From Akkermansia muciniphila (GTDB lineage: Bacteria; Verrucomicrobiota; Verrucomicrobiia; Limisphaerales; SXTU01), in assembly GCA_945874145.1 (NCBI GenBank), contig CAMCFN010000006.1, positions 16,164 to 80,163 of the forward strand: 64,000 bases of DNA, given 5' to 3'. Positions 27,266 through 36,133 of this stretch are shown here, piece after piece (the stretch's first letter is position 1; every line of letters begins with the position of its first letter). A program made the translations under genes and the position numbers. Below the pieces are notes generated by a model. That model made no database searches. It was not told the DNA's origin and worked only from the letters and a program-made list of their open reading frames with translations.

Positions 27266-27868
27266 ATGAGTTCGTCCTGCGCTTTGAGTCGATGGTTCGT
27301 CCGGCGCATTGCCTCCGCCACGCTCGCCCTGCTGCTGGCCACCCCGGTTTCCCCGCGGGCCGCTGGTGACTTCATGCTGACGCCGGGGCAAACACAGGCA
27401 CTGGAGGCGACTCGGAAGGGTTTTGGCAAGGGAAAGAAACTCCAAGCCGAAATGGAAAAACTTCTCGGCCAGACCGCCGAAACCGACCGCGTCCAGCTAG
27501 CCTTGAGACTCGCCGCGTTCACGGCCGAGAAGTGGCCCGCAGAAGCGCCCGACGCATTGGGCAAACTGGTGCAACTGCTCCCCGCGCACGCGGTGCCCCT
27601 GTTGCACGCGGCGCTCAAGGTCGCCCCGAAGGAGGCACGCCCCCTCGCCTCAGCGGCGATGTCCGCCTCGCCCACCAACACCGTGCGTCTGGCCGGCGCG
27701 GCGATTCAGATCGTCCCGATGGAGGTCAACGCCATCCTCGAAGCCGCCTCGTGGCGTGTGCCGAAGGAATTGAAAACCCAGTTTGAGCAGCTCAAGGCCA
27801 GCCTGCCGTCTGCCGTGGTCGCCCCGCCCCTGAAGCTGAAGCCCGTTGAGAACCCAATGGCGAGGTAA
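27266..27868 (+). CDS. hypothetical secreted protein
   Basis: ATG start and a signal-like N-terminus (VRRIASATLALLLATPVSPRAAG). Codon bias is consistent. No family recognised. Confidence 0.5.
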   Translation: MSSSCALSRWFVRRIASATLALLLATPVSPRAAGDFMLTPGQTQALEATRKGFGKGKKLQAEMEKLLGQTAETDRVQLALRLAAFTAEKWPAEAPDALGKLVQLLPAHAVPLLHAALKVAPKEARPLASAAMSASPTNTVRLAGAAIQIVPMEVNAILEAASWRVPKELKTQFEQLKASLPSAVVAPPLKLKPVENPMAR

Positions 27869-27890
27869 GTTTGAGTGGCGGCCTTTTTCC

Positions 27891-29339
27891 TCAACCCCGT
27901 AGAATCTCGTTCACCAGCCGCGCGTTCTGGCCGTCCACGAGGGACATCTCCGTGGCGTTGCGCTTGAAGACGAGCTTCTTGTAGTCGAGGCCGAAGAGGT
28001 GCAGCAGCGTGGCGTGGTAGTCGTAGTGGTTCACGATATCCTTCACCGCGTGGTGGCCGAACTCGTCGGTCTCGCCGTAGGTGATGCCATTCTTGAACCC
28101 GCCGCCCGCCACCCACATCGAGAAGCCGTAGGTGTTGTGGTCTCGGCCCACTCGGGCGGGACCAACATCATTCTGAATGACCGGCAGCCGCCCCATCTCG
28201 CCGCCCCAGTGGACGACCGTTGAGTCGAGCAGGCCGCGCGCCTTCAAGTCCGTGACCAAACCCGCCGAGCCTTTATCAATGTATTTGCACGCCGCCGGCA
28301 GGCCGGTGCGGATGCTGCCGTGATGGTCCCACGTCTGGTTGCCCGTGTAGAGCTGCACAAAGCGCACGCCACGCTCCACGAGCCGCCGTGCGATGAGGCA
28401 GCGCGTGCCGAACTCCGCCGTGGCCGGCACATCGATGCCGTAGAGCGCCTTCGTTGCCGCGCTCTCGCCGGTGATGTCCATGGCCTCCTTCGCGGCGGTC
28501 TGCATCTTCGCGGCCAGCTCGTAGCTGGCGATTCGCGCCTGCAAATCCGTCTCGCCCGGATGGTCGCGGAGATGGTCGCGGTTCAGCTTGTCGAGGAACG
28601 AAAGGTAATTCTCCTGCGCCGGGCCGCGCAGGTGCGTTGGTGGGTCGAGGTTCGGGATGCGCGGCTCTTTCGAGCGGACGGCCGTGCCTTGGAAGAGCGA
28701 CGGCAGCCAACCGTTCTCCCAATTCGCCACGCCCAGCACCGGCAAGCCGCGCGGGTCCGTGAGCGCCATGAACGCCGGCAGGTTGCTCGTCTCCGCGCCG
28801 AGAGCGTAAGTGAGCCAGCTCCCAAGCGTGGGGCGACCGCCGAGCACGCGGCCGTTTTGCAGGGCGTAGATGGACTGGCCGTGGTTGTTCACGCCCGTGT
28901 GCATCCCGCGCAGCAGACACACGTCGTCCACGATGCCCGCGAAGTGGGGCAGCAGCTCGCTGACATCCATGCCGCACTGGCCGTGCTTCTGGAATTTCCA
29001 CGGGCTGGCGAGGACCTTGGGGCTGGCCTGCGCGGCGTTGTCGAACTTGATCTCGCCGGGGAACTTCTGGCCGTCCAGCTTGTCGAGCGCAGGCTTGGGG
29101 TCGAACAAGTCCATGTGGCTCGGACCGCCCTGCATGAACATGGAAATCATCGCCTTCGCGCGCGGCTCGAAGTGCGGGCGCCGAGGCAGGAGGTCGAAGC
29201 TCTTCGGGTCGAGGTCGGGCTTGGGCGGGCTGGCGAGCAGGTTGTCCTGCTTCAGCAACCACGCGAGCGCGACCGAGCCGAGGCCAAAGCCGGATTGTGC
29301 CAAGAAGTGGCGTCGGGAATTGCAGGTGGTGCTGGTCAT
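27891..29339 (-). CDS. DUF1501 domain protein (sulfatase-fold, Tat signal)
   Basis: MTSTTCNSRRHFLAQSGFGLGSVALAWLL. GGPSHMDLFDPKP...WDHHG...GEMGRLP...GRDHN. Start trimmed to the ATG at 29337-29339, 6 nt downstream of the partner stop. Confidence 0.9.
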   Translation of the reverse strand: MTSTTCNSRRHFLAQSGFGLGSVALAWLLKQDNLLASPPKPDLDPKSFDLLPRRPHFEPRAKAMISMFMQGGPSHMDLFDPKPALDKLDGQKFPGEIKFDNAAQASPKVLASPWKFQKHGQCGMDVSELLPHFAGIVDDVCLLRGMHTGVNNHGQSIYALQNGRVLGGRPTLGSWLTYALGAETSNLPAFMALTDPRGLPVLGVANWENGWLPSLFQGTAVRSKEPRIPNLDPPTHLRGPAQENYLSFLDKLNRDHLRDHPGETDLQARIASYELAAKMQTAAKEAMDITGESAATKALYGIDVPATAEFGTRCLIARRLVERGVRFVQLYTGNQTWDHHGSIRTGLPAACKYIDKGSAGLVTDLKARGLLDSTVVHWGGEMGRLPVIQNDVGPARVGRDHNTYGFSMWVAGGGFKNGITYGETDEFGHHAVKDIVNHYDYHATLLHLFGLDYKKLVFKRNATEMSLVDGQNARLVNEILRG

Positions 29340-29345
29340 GGTCAA

Positions 29346-32120
29346 TTACTCGACGTAAAGGAACCGGTTCGCAGTCAACAAGGCCTGACAAAGTCCCGTG
29401 AGCGCGTGTTCCTCCGCATTCGTCGGCGGGGGTTCCTTGCCCTTGGCCACCTTGGCTTCTTTCGGGGCGTTCGCAGTGAAGTGGGCGCGTTGCTTGCTGA
29501 GGAAACCGAGGGCGTCGGACATCTCCGTGCTGTTCGGACGTCGGCTGAAGGCGAGCTGCCAAGCGCGCGAAACCTTGGATTCGTCGGTCGAGTCGCCGGC
29601 TTCCTTTGCCACGCGCTCAGCGAAGAACTTGGCCTGTGCGAGCGCGAACTCGCCGTTCATCAGCGCGAGCGACTGCGGGGCGACGGTCGAGGCGTTGCGC
29701 AGCTCGCAGTTTGGTTCCATGCGCGGCGCGTCGAACGTCTCCATCAGGCCGAGCGGCTTGCTGCGGCGCATTTGCACGTAAAGGCTGCGGCGGAATTCCT
29801 CGCCGTTCAGCCCCACAAACTTCCCGCTGGGCCGGCCTGCCGTGTCGTCGGTGTTCACGCCCACGACGACTTGGCCGGTTTCGTCGGTCATGATGGGCAC
29901 CGGCGCGCCGCCGGGCTTTGGGTTAAGTCTGCCGCTTACGAAGAGCTGCGCGTCGCGAAGCTGCTCGGCGTCAAGCCGGCGGATGGGGTGGCGCCAGAGG
30001 AGCTTGTTGTCCGGGTCCTTGGAATTCGAGATGCGGAATTCGGCGTTCGAGAGCTGCGAGGCCTGTCTATACGCCGCGCTGGTCATGATGACCTTGTGCA
30101 ACTTCTTCAAGCTCCACCCCTGTGCGACGAACTCGCTCGCCAGCCAGTCGAGCAGCTCCGGGTGCGTCGGGCGTTCGCCCAGCGTGCCGAAGTCCGAGGG
30201 CGACGCCACGATGCCGCGGCCGAAGTGGTGCATCCAGATGCGGTTCACGAGCACGCGCGACGTGAGCGGGTGCTGGCCGTCGGTGAGCGCGCGCGCGTAG
30301 GCGAGGCGGCGTCCGCTCGTCGGCAGTGCCGCATCCTTCTCCGGCAAATCCACCGGCCGCAGCGCCGCGAGGATGGTCAAGTCACCGGGCTTGAGCTGCT
30401 GCTTGGGCTGGTCGGGGTCGCCGCGATGGAAGAGAAACGTCGGCGCAGGGCCGTCCTTCGCCGCCGTCTCGTTGAAGACAGGGATGAACTCCTCCGCTGG
30501 TTTCTTCTCGCGAATCTTCGCCGCCTCGTCCGTCTGCTTCTTCAGTTCGTCGGCCTTCTTCTGCTCGTAAAGATACAGCGAGCCGGGGCTGAGCTGCATC
30601 ACGGTCGGATGCTCCTTGAGCAGTTTCACCTGCGCGGGCGTGCGCTTGGCAACGACGGTCTTGTAGGCTTCGCGGAGCGGGGTGCGCAATTCCTCGGGCC
30701 GCTTCAACAACTCTTTCTCCAGCACCTCGTCGATGAACTCGTTCTGTTTCTTGAGGCGCGCGTCCTCAATGATCTTCGCCTCTTTCTCCACTTCGGCGGC
30801 CTTCGCGCGGGCTTCGTCTGACATGAGGGAGACGAGCCGGGCATTGGGCGTGCGCCAGGTGCGCAGGTCGAAGCCCGGCTCGAACACCGCACGCATTCGG
30901 TAGTAATCCGCCTGCGGAATCGGGTCGTGCTTGTGATTGTGGCACTGCGCGCAGCCGACCGTCACGCCGAGCAGCGAACTGGACACGACTTTGATGGTGT
31001 CCGCCACCACCGCGTTGCGCGCGACCTTCTGCTCGACGCCTGCGTTCGCCGTGCCGTCCGGGGCCATGCGGAGGAAGCCGGTGGCCGTGAGCTTGTCCAC
31101 GTCGGCGGGCGGAAGGTTCTTGTGCGGCGGCTTGACCAGTTCGTCGCCGGCGATCTGCTCAACGATGAACTCCCTGAACGGCTTGTCCGCGTTGAGCGAG
31201 CGGATGACGTAGTCGCGATACTTCCACGCCCACTTGCGCTCGGTGTCGGTATCCGTGTAGCCGTCCGAGTCCGCGTAGCCAGCGATGTCGAGCCAGTGCC
31301 GCCCCCAACGCTCGCCGTAATGTGGCGACGCGAGAAGGCGGTCGAGCAGCTTCTCGTATGCATCGGGCGAAGTGTCCTTCTCGAAGGCCTCGACCTCCGC
31401 CGGCGACGGCGGCAAGCCCAGGAGGTCAAAGTTCGCGCGGCGGATGAGCGTGGCGCGGTCGGCAGGCGGGGAGAAGCTGAGCTTGGCGGCGGCCAGTTTT
31501 TGGCCAATGAACGCGTCAATGGGGTGCGGCTTGGAACCAGTTTTCAGTGGCCAGTTTTCAGTGTTCAGTTGGGAGCCGCTGCGTTCCTTACCCGACTGAT
31601 TACTGAACACTGAAGACTGAATACTTGGAACTTCCGGCCGCTTCACTGGCTGAAACGCCCAATGCGCGCGCTCCTCCGGGGTAAACTCGTCCGCCGCGCC
31701 GGGCTTGGCTGGCTCCGCCCGCGCGACCTTAGCACCGCCCGCAATCCATTGGCGGAGCAGCTCGATCTTCTCCGGCGGCAGCTTCTTGCCCTGACCTTTC
31801 GGCATCTCGCCATCGCGGACCATGGTGAACAGCAGACTCTTCTCCGCTTTGCCGGGGACGATGGCCGCGCCCTGTTCGCCGCCTTTGGCAATGAGATGCC
31901 GCAGCCGCACGTCGAGGCCGCCCTTGGTCTTCCCCTCCTCGCCATGGCAGTGGAAGCAGTTCGCCTTGAGGATGGGCCGGATGTCCTTCTCGAACGTCAG
32001 CGGGCCGGTCGCGGCGGTCTTCGCGGCGGGGGCCGCCATGAGTGAACTCGCAGCCACAACGGCTACGACGGAAAGCACGCCCCGGAGACAATCACGCGAT
32101 ATTTTTGCGACGCTGAACAC
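29346..32120 (-). CDS. PSCyt1 / DUF1549 / PSCyt2 / DUF1553 multidomain protein
   Basis: CFHCHGEEGKTKGGLDVRL...MPK. IDAFIGQKLAAAKLSFSPPADRATLIRRANFDLLGLPP. CAQCHNHKHDP. RVLVNRIWMHHFGRGIVASPSDFGTLGERPTHPELLDWL. GTG start at 32118-32120. Confidence 0.9.
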   Translation of the reverse strand: MFSVAKISRDCLRGVLSVVAVVAASSLMAAPAAKTAATGPLTFEKDIRPILKANCFHCHGEEGKTKGGLDVRLRHLIAKGGEQGAAIVPGKAEKSLLFTMVRDGEMPKGQGKKLPPEKIELLRQWIAGGAKVARAEPAKPGAADEFTPEERAHWAFQPVKRPEVPSIQSSVFSNQSGKERSGSQLNTENWPLKTGSKPHPIDAFIGQKLAAAKLSFSPPADRATLIRRANFDLLGLPPSPAEVEAFEKDTSPDAYEKLLDRLLASPHYGERWGRHWLDIAGYADSDGYTDTDTERKWAWKYRDYVIRSLNADKPFREFIVEQIAGDELVKPPHKNLPPADVDKLTATGFLRMAPDGTANAGVEQKVARNAVVADTIKVVSSSLLGVTVGCAQCHNHKHDPIPQADYYRMRAVFEPGFDLRTWRTPNARLVSLMSDEARAKAAEVEKEAKIIEDARLKKQNEFIDEVLEKELLKRPEELRTPLREAYKTVVAKRTPAQVKLLKEHPTVMQLSPGSLYLYEQKKADELKKQTDEAAKIREKKPAEEFIPVFNETAAKDGPAPTFLFHRGDPDQPKQQLKPGDLTILAALRPVDLPEKDAALPTSGRRLAYARALTDGQHPLTSRVLVNRIWMHHFGRGIVASPSDFGTLGERPTHPELLDWLASEFVAQGWSLKKLHKVIMTSAAYRQASQLSNAEFRISNSKDPDNKLLWRHPIRRLDAEQLRDAQLFVSGRLNPKPGGAPVPIMTDETGQVVVGVNTDDTAGRPSGKFVGLNGEEFRRSLYVQMRRSKPLGLMETFDAPRMEPNCELRNASTVAPQSLALMNGEFALAQAKFFAERVAKEAGDSTDESKVSRAWQLAFSRRPNSTEMSDALGFLSKQRAHFTANAPKEAKVAKGKEPPPTNAEEHALTGLCQALLTANRFLYVE
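31537..31628. repeat. heptamer-built hairpin element inserted in frame in the 29346-32120 CDS
   Basis: CCAGTTTTCAGTGGCCAGTTTTCAGTGTTCAGT (31537-31569) ... GACTGATTACTGAACACTGAAGACTGAATACTTGG (31594-31628). Translated as ...SIQSSVFSNQSGKERSGSQLNTENWPLKTGS... Confidence 0.8.
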
Positions 32121-32198
32121 GCTTTAGCAGACTGCCCGTTTGATTAGTCAATTCACCCGGCCGCTTGACACGCCAGCCTTCCGGGACAACCTCCCTCC

Positions 32199-33158
32199 GT
32201 GCGCTTCAGTCGCCGCAAAGCTCTGATAGCCGGGGGCGTCGCCACCACCGGTGTCGCGGGCGGCTGGTGGTGGCTACGCAGCTCAAATGTCTGGGCCGCA
32301 AGGTTCTTACGCGAACGCGTGCGCGAAGCGGACCGGGACATCGCGCCCGCACCGCACAAGCCCATGCCCGCCAGCTGGGACGCTAACGCCGTCACGGTCG
32401 CGTGGCTCGGGCACACCACTGTCCTGCTCAACTTCCACGGCCTCACCATCCTCACGGACCCGGCGCTGGGCAACCGCATCGGCCTTGGCCTCGGGCTGGG
32501 CACGCTCGGGCCGAAGCGCTTCATCGCACCCGCGCTGCGGTTAAACGAACTGCCACCGATTGATGTGGTGCTGCTCTCGCACGCGCACCTCGACCACATG
32601 GACATGCCGACCTTGAGCCGTCTGCCCGGCGCGCCGCTCGTCGTCTCCGCGCACGCAACAGCCGACATCTTCGGGCCGAAGCGCTTTGCCGCGACTCACG
32701 AACTACGCTGGGGCGAACGCGCCACGCTGCGGACGGCGAAGGGCGAATTGCGCGTCGAGGCCATCGAAGTGAAACACTGGGGCGCGCGTTGGCGCAGCGA
32801 CACGCATCGCGGCTACAACGGCTACATCCTCCGCCGCGAGGGCCGCGCGCTGCTCTTCGGCGGCGACACGGCGAACACGGACGGTTTCGCGGCGTTGCGG
32901 AGTCGCGGGCCGTTCGATCTCGCCATCATGCCCATCGGCGCCTACCGCCCGTGGGTGCGCAGTCATTGCACGCCAGAGGAAGCGCTCAAGATGGCGGACA
33001 CAGCGGGGGCGCGACACATCGTCCCCGTGCACCACGCGACGTTCAAACTCAGCGACGAGCCGATGAACGAACCCATCGAGCGCATGCAAGCCGCGTTGGC
33101 GAAAGAGGCGGATCGGTTGGCCTTAAAGGAAGTAGGGCAGACGTTCCGGTTGACGTGA
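32199..33158 (+). CDS. MBL-fold metallo-hydrolase
   Basis: VTVAWLGHTTVLLNFHGLTILTDP...VVLLSHAHLDHMD (HxHxDH)...GGDT...PVHH. Tat-like N-terminus RRKALIAGGVATTGVAGG. GTG start at 32199. Confidence 0.85.
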   Translation: MRFSRRKALIAGGVATTGVAGGWWWLRSSNVWAARFLRERVREADRDIAPAPHKPMPASWDANAVTVAWLGHTTVLLNFHGLTILTDPALGNRIGLGLGLGTLGPKRFIAPALRLNELPPIDVVLLSHAHLDHMDMPTLSRLPGAPLVVSAHATADIFGPKRFAATHELRWGERATLRTAKGELRVEAIEVKHWGARWRSDTHRGYNGYILRREGRALLFGGDTANTDGFAALRSRGPFDLAIMPIGAYRPWVRSHCTPEEALKMADTAGARHIVPVHHATFKLSDEPMNEPIERMQAALAKEADRLALKEVGQTFRLT

Positions 33159-33159
33159 A

Positions 33160-33183
33160 CCGTGCCGGCGATTTGCAGTCGCC
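33160..33183 (+). repeat. stop-proximal hairpin motif CCGTGCCGGCGATTTGCAGTCGCC
   Basis: Begins 2 nt after the MBL stop. A near-identical copy, CCGTGCCGGCGACTTCCAGTCGCC, lies at 56172-56195, 2 nt after the PfkB stop. Stem GGCGA(Y)/GTCGCC. Confidence 0.7.
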
Positions 33184-33263
33184 TATTTCAGCCAGCCAGA
33201 ACGAAGGCTGAAGCGAAGTTGTCCGGGCGGGCGAAAGCTGAAGCGGCCTGAAGGCCACGCGCC

Positions 33264-34403
33264 TCACGCCGCGTGGGCGTAGGTGAGGTCGCGCTTCGGG
33301 TCCACACCCCAGCGCTTCGCAACGGCTTCCAACTCGGGCGTCAGCGGCCACTGATCGGGCTGTGCCTCCCCGGTGAATTCGGGATGGCCGCCCTTGAGGT
33401 TCATGCAGCCCTTGTTATCGCCGATGCGCCGGAGGGTCTCGCACTCTTCCGCAGTCAGCTTGATATCCGGCAGCGCGGCGAGTTCATCGATCTTTGTTTC
33501 GATGGGCTTGCTGCTCGCGCCGACTTCCTGGATGTGCGTGGGGATGACGCTCTGCACGGCCGTCTGGCTGAGGGTCCAGAGGCAGGCGAGTTGCAGCATC
33601 GTAATAAGATATTTCTCCGCAATGGGGCGCATCTGCTCAACCTTCGCGTTGCCCGCCTCGACCCATCCCGCCGGGCGAAACGTGCGGTGGTCGCCGTGGC
33701 CGAACTCGTGGCCGGGCTTCACGTCGTCGTGAAACAACCCGCCGTAATCCACCACGCGCGCGATGAGTTTCACGCCGTTCTTCTCCGCCGCCGGCAGCAC
33801 GTAACCGCCGGGCCATGGCTCCATCGGACCGAGAATAATCATCGCCTCGTCCACGAGCCCGCTGAAGCGCTCGAAACACTGGATGATGTCGAGTGAGAAG
33901 CCGTTCGCCGGCCCGGGCGCGATGCCGAGGCGGCTGGTGAGCTTGGCGTCCTTGAGCGCAGCCATGCCCTTCCACGCGGTGTCGTCCGAGTAGCCGATGG
34001 AGTCGGGGTTGTGCAGGAGCAGCGAATCGAAGCGGTCGGTGCCGATGCGCTCCAGCGACTTCTCGGCGGCCATGCGGAGGTAGCTAGCGTATTGGTCGGG
34101 CTTGCGGAGGCGCGGGTCGGTGAAGCGCAGGAAGCCTTTCGCACCGTCGCGTTTGCCGGGGTAAATGTCGTGGCCAATGATGCCGATGAGGCAGTAGCTG
34201 TCGCGGGGAATTCCCTGCAACGCGCGGCCCAGCATCGTGTCCGCCTCGCCGTTGCTGTAAACGTCCGCCGTCATGAAGGTGCGGATGCCCTTCTCGTAGG
34301 CGCGGCGGATGCAGGCGAGGTAGCGCTCCTCGCTGAGGGCTTCGCCGAAATGCATGTAGCGTCCGCCACTCCAAGTGCCGTAGGCAGTGCGTGTCAGTTC
34401 CAT
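33264..34403 (-). CDS. aldo/keto reductase
   Basis: YLACIRRAYEKGIRTFMTADVYSNGEADTMLGRAL...DSLLLHNPD... is the AKR fold pattern. ATG at 34401-34403. Confidence 0.88.
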   Translation of the reverse strand: MELTRTAYGTWSGGRYMHFGEALSEERYLACIRRAYEKGIRTFMTADVYSNGEADTMLGRALQGIPRDSYCLIGIIGHDIYPGKRDGAKGFLRFTDPRLRKPDQYASYLRMAAEKSLERIGTDRFDSLLLHNPDSIGYSDDTAWKGMAALKDAKLTSRLGIAPGPANGFSLDIIQCFERFSGLVDEAMIILGPMEPWPGGYVLPAAEKNGVKLIARVVDYGGLFHDDVKPGHEFGHGDHRTFRPAGWVEAGNAKVEQMRPIAEKYLITMLQLACLWTLSQTAVQSVIPTHIQEVGASSKPIETKIDELAALPDIKLTAEECETLRRIGDNKGCMNLKGGHPEFTGEAQPDQWPLTPELEAVAKRWGVDPKRDLTYAHAA

Positions 34404-34655
34404 AGTCTAAAGGTGTTTATTTTGCGTTCATCGCGACGGTTTGCCGCCGGCTGAAATTCGCACGGCGAAACTGTCTGCCGGGAATGGACGCGAAAGCAAG
34501 GCGCAAGGCACAGCGGGAATTGGCGCGGAGTGGGCGCGAATTGACGCGCCAACCACGTAGGTCAACGCAGTTTGCCTGACCTCCGTTTGAAATGAACCGC
34601 TCAAGCGGAATCGGGAGAGTCAGAAGGGCCAGGCGGGCCGCGCTCTCCTACTCGG

Positions 34656-36023
34656 CTATCGGCCCCAACTGCGCCCGGACGGCCTGCTGCTGGGACGCAG
34701 GATGGGAGGAATGTTTCCACCAGCACGATTTCCACTCGAACTCGACCCGCCGCCTTGCGAACCGCGCTGCCCGCCCGAGCCGCCCCGGCGACCCTGTCCC
34801 CCACCGCCACCGCCGTGGCCTCCACCCCGCGATTGCTGCCGATGCTGACCGCGCTGCTGGCCTACATCACCCGCCGTGCGGACTTCCGGCCGATCCGTGT
34901 AATCAAAACCCTCCGCCTTCTTGCGCACCAAGCCACGCCCGATGAAGCGTTCCAGCGAGCGCAACTCGCCATGGTCCTCCGGCGTCACGAAGCTTATGGC
35001 GTCGCCCACTGCGTGCGCCCGGCCCGTGCGTCCGATGCGGTGAACGTAATCCTCCGAGTGCATCGGGAAGTCGAAGTTCACGACATGCGAAATGCCGTCT
35101 ACGTCAATGCCGCGGGCCGCGATGTCCGTCGCCACCAGCACACGCACCACGCCGGACTTGAAATCTCGCAACGCCCGGAGCCGCTGGGCCTGCGAACGGT
35201 TCGAGTGCAGCGTCGCCGTGGTGATGCCGTGCGTTTCCAACTGGCGCGCCAGTCGGTCCGCAGAGTGCTTCATACGCAGGAAGATGAGCACCATGTTCAT
35301 CGTTGGCTCGCCGAGGAGATGGACGAGCAGGGCCACCTTCCGCGAGCGCGGCACTTCGTAGGCCCACTGCGTGACGGTTTCGGCGGGGTTCGAGCGCCGG
35401 CCAATTTGCACGAGCTTCGGCGCGTGCTGGAATTCATGCGTCAGCGCCTCGATTTCGCGCGACAGCGTGGCGGAGAAGAGCAGCGTCTGTCGCTGCTTCG
35501 GCAGGGAGCGGACGATCTGCCGGATGGACGGGAGGAAACCCATGTCCAGCATCCGGTCGGCCTCATCCAGCACGAGGAATTGCAGGCCGGTGAAATCCGC
35601 GCACCGCCGGCCCATCAGGTCCATGAGGCGCCCGGGGGTGGCGACAATGATCTCCAAACCATCGCGCAACGCGCGGATTTGTGGGGTTTCACCGACGCCG
35701 CCGAAGACGGTCGCCATGCGCAACGAAAGATGCTTCCCGTAGGCGCGGATGTTCTCCTCGATCTGGACCACCAGTTCACGTGTCGGGGCCAACACCAGCA
35801 CCCGCGTGCCCCGGCCCCGGCCGGCGACTGCCGCGAGCTTGGTCAGGATGGGCAGCGTGAAGGCCGCCGTCTTGCCCGTGCCCGTCTGGGCGATGCCGAT
35901 GAGGTCATGCCCCGCGAGGATTTGCGGGATGGCTTGCGACTGAATGGGGGTAGGCTCGGTGTAGCCGGCGTCCGCGATGGCGCGGAGGATGTTGGGGTCG
36001 AGGTTTAATGCGCTAAACGACAT
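34656..36023 (-). CDS. rhlE: DEAD-box ATP-dependent RNA helicase (RhlE-like) with RGG-rich tail
   Basis: Q-motif GYTEPTPIQ, AQTGTGKT, PTRELV, VLDEAD, SAT, HRIGRTGR. The C-terminal ~70 aa are Gly/Arg/Gln-rich. Confidence 0.92.
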   Translation of the reverse strand: MSFSALNLDPNILRAIADAGYTEPTPIQSQAIPQILAGHDLIGIAQTGTGKTAAFTLPILTKLAAVAGRGRGTRVLVLAPTRELVVQIEENIRAYGKHLSLRMATVFGGVGETPQIRALRDGLEIIVATPGRLMDLMGRRCADFTGLQFLVLDEADRMLDMGFLPSIRQIVRSLPKQRQTLLFSATLSREIEALTHEFQHAPKLVQIGRRSNPAETVTQWAYEVPRSRKVALLVHLLGEPTMNMVLIFLRMKHSADRLARQLETHGITTATLHSNRSQAQRLRALRDFKSGVVRVLVATDIAARGIDVDGISHVVNFDFPMHSEDYVHRIGRTGRAHAVGDAISFVTPEDHGELRSLERFIGRGLVRKKAEGFDYTDRPEVRTAGDVGQQRGQHRQQSRGGGHGGGGGGQGRRGGSGGQRGSQGGGSSSSGNRAGGNIPPILRPSSRPSGRSWGR

Positions 36024-36133
36024 AGAGCTTGGCAGTGTGCGTCAAAGCGGTGCGCTGATGCGAACTAAATTTACAGGCTGCAAGGAGGTGCAGTGAACCC
36101 GTGCCCACCATAGCGCGACATTGGAATGTCGAG

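Noticed and set aside
28320-30821. 833-aa plus-strand ORF
   Set aside because: It spans the junction of two well-supported minus-strand genes (DUF1501 and DUF1553). It is Arg/Ala/Leu-rich with no motifs.
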